A DNA stretch of 12,669 bases, taken from the NCBI GenBank assembly GCA_038851075.1, contig JAWCLG010000021.1, positions 1-12,669 on the forward strand, written 5' to 3'. Source of the DNA: Candidatus Hadarchaeales archaeon. Lineage in GTDB: Archaea > Hadarchaeota > Hadarchaeia > Hadarchaeales > Hadarchaeaceae. The notes under the pieces were generated by a model. That model saw only the letters and a list, made by a program, of their open reading frames with translations, was not told where the DNA came from and made no database searches. Made by a program: the position numbers and the translations under genes. Shown one piece after another: positions 7,855-12,669 of this stretch (its first letter is position 1; each line of letters opens with the position of its first letter).

Positions 7855-10800
7855 GGTCAACACCTGTTATCCTCTTGAGCAATGGCTTTATGTCAGGTTC
7901 CTTCATGCCGGCAAGTTTCGCGGCCTTTCGCGCGATTATGGGAAGATATCGCTCGAATATTCCGGCACGCTCCTGCTTTTCCTTGGACCTTATCTTACGA
8001 TACAGGTATTTTCTGAGCTCCCTGGCTGCCTCCATCATCGCCGCTCTTATCTCATCCACGATCTCGGGTTCGTCCGCTATTGATTGCTTGCCGGCGGAGG
8101 TGTATGGAACATAGGCCGACGATACGTTGACGAAGAGTGTGACAGGATCAGCCTCAGGATCTATGCCATATCTCCTCCAGTCAATACTTTTCGCGGCAAG
8201 CGTGATGGCGCATCCCCCCTGATCAAATATCAGGGGCGCGCGGTTCGCAAATCTCATGATGTCCATTCCAGCCTCTCCTTCCCCCTCCATGTTTTTACCT
8301 TCGAGCGGCTTTCCCGCGTTTCCCCCGTAGGCTATCCCTACCTCAACTATGAATGGCAGACCTCCCCTGTACACCTTTGGAGGACGCGTTACAACGTGCA
8401 GGAACTCCGGATTGAGTATCTGTCTCATTCCCTTTTCTATCTCCTGTGCACCAATGGGCCTGAGACCGGATGTCGGTGGGGCGAGCAGCTTTACCTGCTT
8501 AAACGCAGACACAATCCGCTCTGCCTCCTCCCATGTTAGTTCGGATGGCTTTTTTGTCTGGAGAACCCCAGCCAGCCTGCAGACTTCCCCGGCCTTGTTT
8601 TTGCTCACCCTTGAGAGTTCAGTTGAAAGAAACGTGGCAAGGTTCCGCGCCTTGGTCCTCTTTGCCAGAGTGAGCAGGTCATCCGCCATGATTCCCCACG
8701 GGTGAAGGGGCATCGGCTTTGGAACCTCAGGAACTTTATCTGTTGCGTTCTCAAAGACGGTCATTACACCATCCGGCTCCACAAATGTTATGTGGACATG
8801 CGGGTTGGCTATTGCCGTCATCTTGAGGTAGTTGAATGGACCGTATCTGGAGCGCATGTATGCGACATCCCTCACGTCAAATTCCACCCTAGTTCCCCGC
8901 CACTTTCCCCTAATTTTTTCTTTTCTGAGAACTTTGCCCTCGTTTTTATCTACGTCTATCATCACATCCATCTGGGTTATCTCACCGTCACCGGTTGACG
9001 TTGTGACCGTTGTGGGCCTGCCGCTTGTGATCTGGGCAAACATACAGGCACCGCTATTGTGGACGATCAATCCGTTTGCCACGAAATTGTGCGAGTTTTC
9101 AACCGTTAAATCATAAACATAAGGCTCGGGGGCGGGGCACATCTTTGTGTTGGTCACCTTTAACCAAATTAAATCGCTGTTGGCAATTGTTCTGAGGTAC
9201 TCTAACTCAACGCTGGGGTCATCGAGATCTTCAATAATGCCCAAGGCCTTTGTCAATGTCCCCTGTGTCATGCATTGTTTGTAAAACGAGCTCCATACCC
9301 TGCCAGGGATATCCTTGTAAGGAATTTTGTGCCAGCGATAAAGTTTCCCCACTTTGTCCTGGATACCGGGGAATAGGTCAAGATTTGTGGAGTCCAGTTT
9401 TATTGACTTGATAAACTTTTGGAGCAACTCCCGCTTCCTTCGAGATGTGAACCCTATGGTATTGGCAAATCTGGTGAGATTTTCTTTCCCACTTATAACC
9501 AGCTGATAGCTTAATTTATCCTTTTTTCTGTTCTCCCTAAATCTGGAGATGATCCCAAACCGTAACAACAACAGAACCGTTTTTTCCACCACTTCCCGGC
9601 TCATCAGACCGAAAGTGACTTCGCGATAGGGTCGAGAGAGCCCACCGTCCGTATCGAATAAACCACGGAGATATGCTTTGACCAAATCGTCTGAAAGATT
9701 CAACACTTGCTCGGGCAGATGTAGGGATGTTGTTTTGTCACCAGGGGGGACCCCAAAATAGTTCAGGATTTCTGCCACGATTGATGACGAAGTCTCCAAC
9801 GTGAAATTACCGACTCTTTCATCGAAGTACTCCCTTGCTTCTAGACCGAACAGCTCTCTGAGGGCTTTCTTCATTCTGTTTACCAGTTCTTTGTCCTTAT
9901 TGTGGAAAAACAGGCTATAACCCCATCTGTTGTCGGTGGGGCTCCCGACGTGGCCATCCCCCGCCATCGCCCCAACAAACCACATCAGCTCTGCGTTCAC
10001 GCGGGGGGGTATGTTCACATACGATCCATTTCGACCTATTCGGGTTATCAAATCTGAGATCTCGGTTATCCCGTTTTCTTTGGCGAGAATTTTGAACTCT
10101 GCAAGGGTTGGTCTGCCGTGCGGGTTTCCATTCGGCATTTTCCTGCTCCAGCTTCTAAGCCGTCCGTAGGAGATCCCCAATTGTTTTGACGCTTTTCTGA
10201 GGCTCCCGTGTTTCTTTTTGATGGCATTGACAAACTTCGACGTAAGCTCCGGCAAGTCCACCCGGAGACCATCTTTTTTCAGAATATCCAAAGTTCGCAG
10301 TTCGTTGATGGCAGGCGTTACGGGCAGGCGCCTTGCGGCAGCTATGAACATGCCCCTCTTCACATCCCTTGCCTCGATCCATGTTGGTTCTCCTTCGCGG
10401 AGGACCAGAACAGGATTTTCTGGTGTTAGCCTGATCTTTCTTCCGGTCAAGACTTTTAATTCCACCATCTGACTGGGAGCAGGAATTTTCCAACACTTCA
10501 CGATTTTCGTCCCTCGTAATCTGAGGTCTTGTCCCAAAGCGATAACTTCAGAGTTTCTCATGTCGCTGGCAACTATATCGGCAATTCGTTTGATCGAACC
10601 GTCAGAGAGAGGCACATAGGTGTCGCCAGTCATGCAGACGCCAATGCCCTGTTGTCCGCGTTGCTGTTGGTGCCGATGCAGCTTCGTCCCCGCGAGCATC
10701 TTGCCGAACACATCCGGGATGAACTTCTCCGGGATTCCAGAGGCGTTGTCCTCAAGCACCACCCTGAAGTGTTCTGGGTCGTCGTTGACCTTTTTGATGG

Positions 10801-10990
10801 CAACGTATACCTTGGGTAGGATCCCCATCTCCTCGCTGGCGTCAATGGAATTGGTCACCCCTTCGTGGATTATTGTAGTGAGGGACCTGATCTTTCCCGT
10901 ATACCCAAGCATTGCGGCGTTCTTCCTGAAGAACTCGCTGACGCTGTGCTCCCTGAACTCCTTGAAAAGCTCATCCGCAGCGCTTTTCAT
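7841..10990 (-). CDS. top6B: DNA topoisomerase VI subunit B precursor containing an intein (~1049 aa precursor, ~522 aa spliced). Alternative start at 11014.
   Basis: SVSEFFRKNAAMLGY, GHKL N-box HEGVTNSIDA, EDNASGIP, FGKMLAGTK, RGQQGIGV|SGACMFAQ, GTRVEF, IANPH, H2TH region, RFANRAPL, VPYTSAGKQSIA (transducer Lys). ATG 10990 is preferred because of the GGGGA SD-like motif and promoter spacing. Confidence 0.94.
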   Translation of the reverse strand: MKSAADELFKEFREHSVSEFFRKNAAMLGYTGKIRSLTTIIHEGVTNSIDASEEMGILPKVYVAIKKVNDDPEHFRVVLEDNASGIPEKFIPDVFGKMLAGTKLHRHQQQRGQQGIGVCMTGDTYVPLSDGSIKRIADIVASDMRNSEVIALGQDLRLRGTKIVKCWKIPAPSQMVELKVLTGRKIRLTPENPVLVLREGEPTWIEARDVKRGMFIAAARRLPVTPAINELRTLDILKKDGLRVDLPELTSKFVNAIKKKHGSLRKASKQLGISYGRLRSWSRKMPNGNPHGRPTLAEFKILAKENGITEISDLITRIGRNGSYVNIPPRVNAELMWFVGAMAGDGHVGSPTDNRWGYSLFFHNKDKELVNRMKKALRELFGLEAREYFDERVGNFTLETSSSIVAEILNYFGVPPGDKTTSLHLPEQVLNLSDDLVKAYLRGLFDTDGGLSRPYREVTFGLMSREVVEKTVLLLLRFGIISRFRENRKKDKLSYQLVISGKENLTRFANTIGFTSRRKRELLQKFIKSIKLDSTNLDLFPGIQDKVGKLYRWHKIPYKDIPGRVWSSFYKQCMTQGTLTKALGIIEDLDDPSVELEYLRTIANSDLIWLKVTNTKMCPAPEPYVYDLTVENSHNFVANGLIVHNSGACMFAQITSGRPTTVTTSTGDGEITQMDVMIDVDKNEGKVLRKEKIRGKWRGTRVEFDVRDVAYMRSRYGPFNYLKMTAIANPHVHITFVEPDGVMTVFENATDKVPEVPKPMPLHPWGIMADDLLTLAKRTKARNLATFLSTELSRVSKNKAGEVCRLAGVLQTKKPSELTWEEAERIVSAFKQVKLLAPPTSGLRPIGAQEIEKGMRQILNPEFLHVVTRPPKVYRGGLPFIVEVGIAYGGNAGKPLEGKNMEGEGEAGMDIMRFANRAPLIFDQGGCAITLAAKSIDWRRYGIDPEADPVTLFVNVSSAYVPYTSAGKQSIADEPEIVDEIRAAMMEAARELRKYLYRKIRSKEKQERAGIFERYLPIIARKAAKLAGMKEPDIKPLLKRITGVDHAEA
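9056..10636 (-). mobile_element. Top6B intein with LAGLIDADG homing endonuclease (527 aa)
   Basis: Block A CMTGDTYVPLSDG, block B IRLTPENPVLV, block C WFVGAMAGDG, block E YLRGLFDTDGG, blocks F/G VYDLTVENSHNFVANGLIVHN followed by Ser+1. Inserted directly after the ATP-lid GQQGIG motif. Confidence 0.95.
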
Positions 10991-11018
10991 GCTTTCCCCG
11001 TTAGAATTTCTCATCCTA

Positions 11019-11041
11019 ACTTAAGCAATTTTCGTTTTTTT
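11019..11041 (-). promoter_or_regulatory. Putative BRE/TATA promoter for top6BA
   Basis: Minus strand reads AAAAAACGAAAATTGCTTAAGTT, a purine-rich BRE-like run followed by CTTAAG, ~30 bp before ATG 10990. Confidence 0.45.
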
Positions 11042-11043
11042 GC

Positions 11044-12669
11044 TCAGAAGCCGCGTTTTTCGGACCTTTTTGCCCAGAGGGCAATTATGGAAGGCAGGAT
11101 CAGTATGGCGGAGATGAAGGCGAAGAGGATGAGGAGCGCCGTTAGGGTTCCAAATCTCATCAACGCTGGCATCCGTGACATTGCCAGAATCCCGAATACG
11201 CCTATCGTTGTGGCCGCCGCGGCAACCAGCGCCCTCCCCACGTGGGTAACTGTCGTGTGAATGTGTCCAATTCTCTCGCCACCCTTTCTTCTTTCCTCCA
11301 GGAACCTGTGGACCATGTGGATTCCATAGTCTATTCCCACCCCTATTACAAGGGAGGAGATGCCCATCGTCAGGATGTCCATTGCCCACCCCATGCTCTT
11401 GATGGCACCAAATTCCCAAACGGTTGTCAGGAGGAGCGGAATCAGGGTGATCCCTCCCAGGACTATAGATCTGAAGGCCACCGCAACAACGATCAGGCAG
11501 AGGAGCATCGCCAGAATCGTGGTCCTCATCATCCCGCCCGAGATGGATTCCGATATATCTCCGATGATGACCGGGATTCCGCCCACCGCGGGCTTTCCAT
11601 CAACGTACATATCGATCTGCCGGATTGCCATGTTCTCTATTGTCTCTCTGACGGTTCTGCTTGCGCTTGCCATTTCCTTGTCGCTTTTTGCGTCAACATA
11701 AAAGTATATCACGGCAGTGTTGTCCTTGACTAGCCTACTCAGCTCCTTGTTATCCATCCCAGAGACTATCATTTCGATCTGTTCCCTTGTGAGGTCTTCG
11801 AGGGAAACATTTCCATACACCTGTTTGACGATCTCCTTCACGGTGCTGGCCAGGCTGTAGGATCCTGTTATTATCTCGTTTTTCCCCACCGCTGCGTTTT
11901 CCACGCTCAGCATCTCCTGCAGCGCTTTTGGATCCATGTAGTCACCGTGGACAAGGACAACCATCACATAGCGCCCTCCAAACTCCTCAGAGAGGTGGTC
12001 AAGCGCGACCATGGAGGGCACATCCGACGGCAGGAAGGTCTTAAATGACATCTCTGTCCTAATGTCAGACGCCATCAGCCCGCATGCCACCGTGACCAAT
12101 ACTGCCGCCGCTATGATGAATTTACCATAAGACTCGGAGGCACCGGCGGCCTTTCCAAGTGCCCTGTCCACAATTCTTCCCCTTTCCATCTCTCTTCTTC
12201 CTATGTGTCTTCCTCCTCGCAGCACGAGAAGGGCAGGCAGGAAGCACGTTGATAGCAGGAACGAAAAGCCGATCCCCAGCGCGGCGAATATTCCAAGAGT
12301 CCCTATGGCTGGCAGCTCGGATGCCATGAAGGATCCAAATCCTATAATTGTTGTCACCGCCGCAAGGACCACCGCAACTCCCGTGGTCTTCATCGATGAG
12401 CTGGCGGCCTTCAGCGGCGCGCTGCCCTTTCTGAGCTCTTCGTGATATCTGTTGAGCATGTGGATCGAGTAGTCGATTCCCAGCCCCAGCACGAGGGGTA
12501 TGAGAGCGACGTGAATCATTGTGAACTTCAATCCGGTAAGTCCCATGATCCCTACAGCCCACAGCGCGCTCAGTCCGACCACAGCAAGGGATGCCGCTAT
12601 GTCAGAAAATCGCTTGAAAGTTAGCAGGAGTATCGTGAGAACTAGGACTACCGCCGCTGGAATGAGCAC
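11044..12669 (-). CDS. RND superfamily MMPL/HAE3-type transporter, 5'-truncated by the window edge
   Basis: Two internal transmembrane repeats with LGLGIDYSIH and IGVGIDYGIH motifs, AAVTTIIGF and AAATTIGVF, and a large extracytoplasmic loop between them. The frame is open to the window end. Confidence 0.9.
   Translation of the reverse strand: MLIPAAVVLVLTILLLTFKRFSDIAASLAVVGLSALWAVGIMGLTGLKFTMIHVALIPLVLGLGIDYSIHMLNRYHEELRKGSAPLKAASSSMKTTGVAVVLAAVTTIIGFGSFMASELPAIGTLGIFAALGIGFSFLLSTCFLPALLVLRGGRHIGRREMERGRIVDRALGKAAGASESYGKFIIAAAVLVTVACGLMASDIRTEMSFKTFLPSDVPSMVALDHLSEEFGGRYVMVVLVHGDYMDPKALQEMLSVENAAVGKNEIITGSYSLASTVKEIVKQVYGNVSLEDLTREQIEMIVSGMDNKELSRLVKDNTAVIYFYVDAKSDKEMASASRTVRETIENMAIRQIDMYVDGKPAVGGIPVIIGDISESISGGMMRTTILAMLLCLIVVAVAFRSIVLGGITLIPLLLTTVWEFGAIKSMGWAMDILTMGISSLVIGVGIDYGIHMVHRFLEERRKGGERIGHIHTTVTHVGRALVAAAATTIGVFGILAMSRMPALMRFGTLTALLILFAFISAILILPSIIALWAKRSEKRGF

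Noticed and set aside
7855-7863. ORF-track start of top6A at 7863
   Set aside because: The GTG belongs to the SD-like CAGGTG, so the ATG at 7854 is preferred.
117-12624. Numerous 60-163 aa ORFs overlapping the six main genes (e.g. 7261-7728, 8084-8539, 11242-11733, 12122-12562)
   Set aside because: All are nested in or antisense to well-supported CDSs and show no recognisable domains.
11044-12669. Functional link between the RND transporter and top6BA
   Set aside because: Only adjacency supports it, and a separate promoter-like element lies between them.
1-12669. CRISPR array, tRNA/rRNA, IS element or tandem repeats
   Set aside because: None were seen by eye. The window is almost entirely coding, with the largest gap being 101 bp.

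Overview
Archaeal chromosomal window with SD motifs of the GGAGGTG/GGTG type, TATA-like boxes and a top6B-top6A pair. The Top6B N-terminus resembles Thermococcales-type sequences as I recall them, but taxonomy is not determinable here. There are six real genes. (1) A divergent acyl-CoA module: a fused alpha-beta ADP-forming acyl/acetyl-CoA synthetase plus a BioD-like/DRTGG Pta-N-terminal protein on the minus strand, and an acetyl-CoA hydrolase/CoA-transferase fused to a Pat-type GNAT on the plus strand. (2) top6B and top6A, each interrupted by a large LAGLIDADG intein at a catalytic motif. (3) The 3' part of an RND/MMPL transporter. The most unusual signal is in the inteins. The 538-aa Top6A intein ends in Gly-Asp|Cys instead of His-Asn, lacks the block F His, and carries an extra winged-helix-like segment. 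The 527-aa Top6B intein has Asn in place of the block B His and carries an XRE-like HTH. All calls come from motif reading by eye, and no database searches were run.
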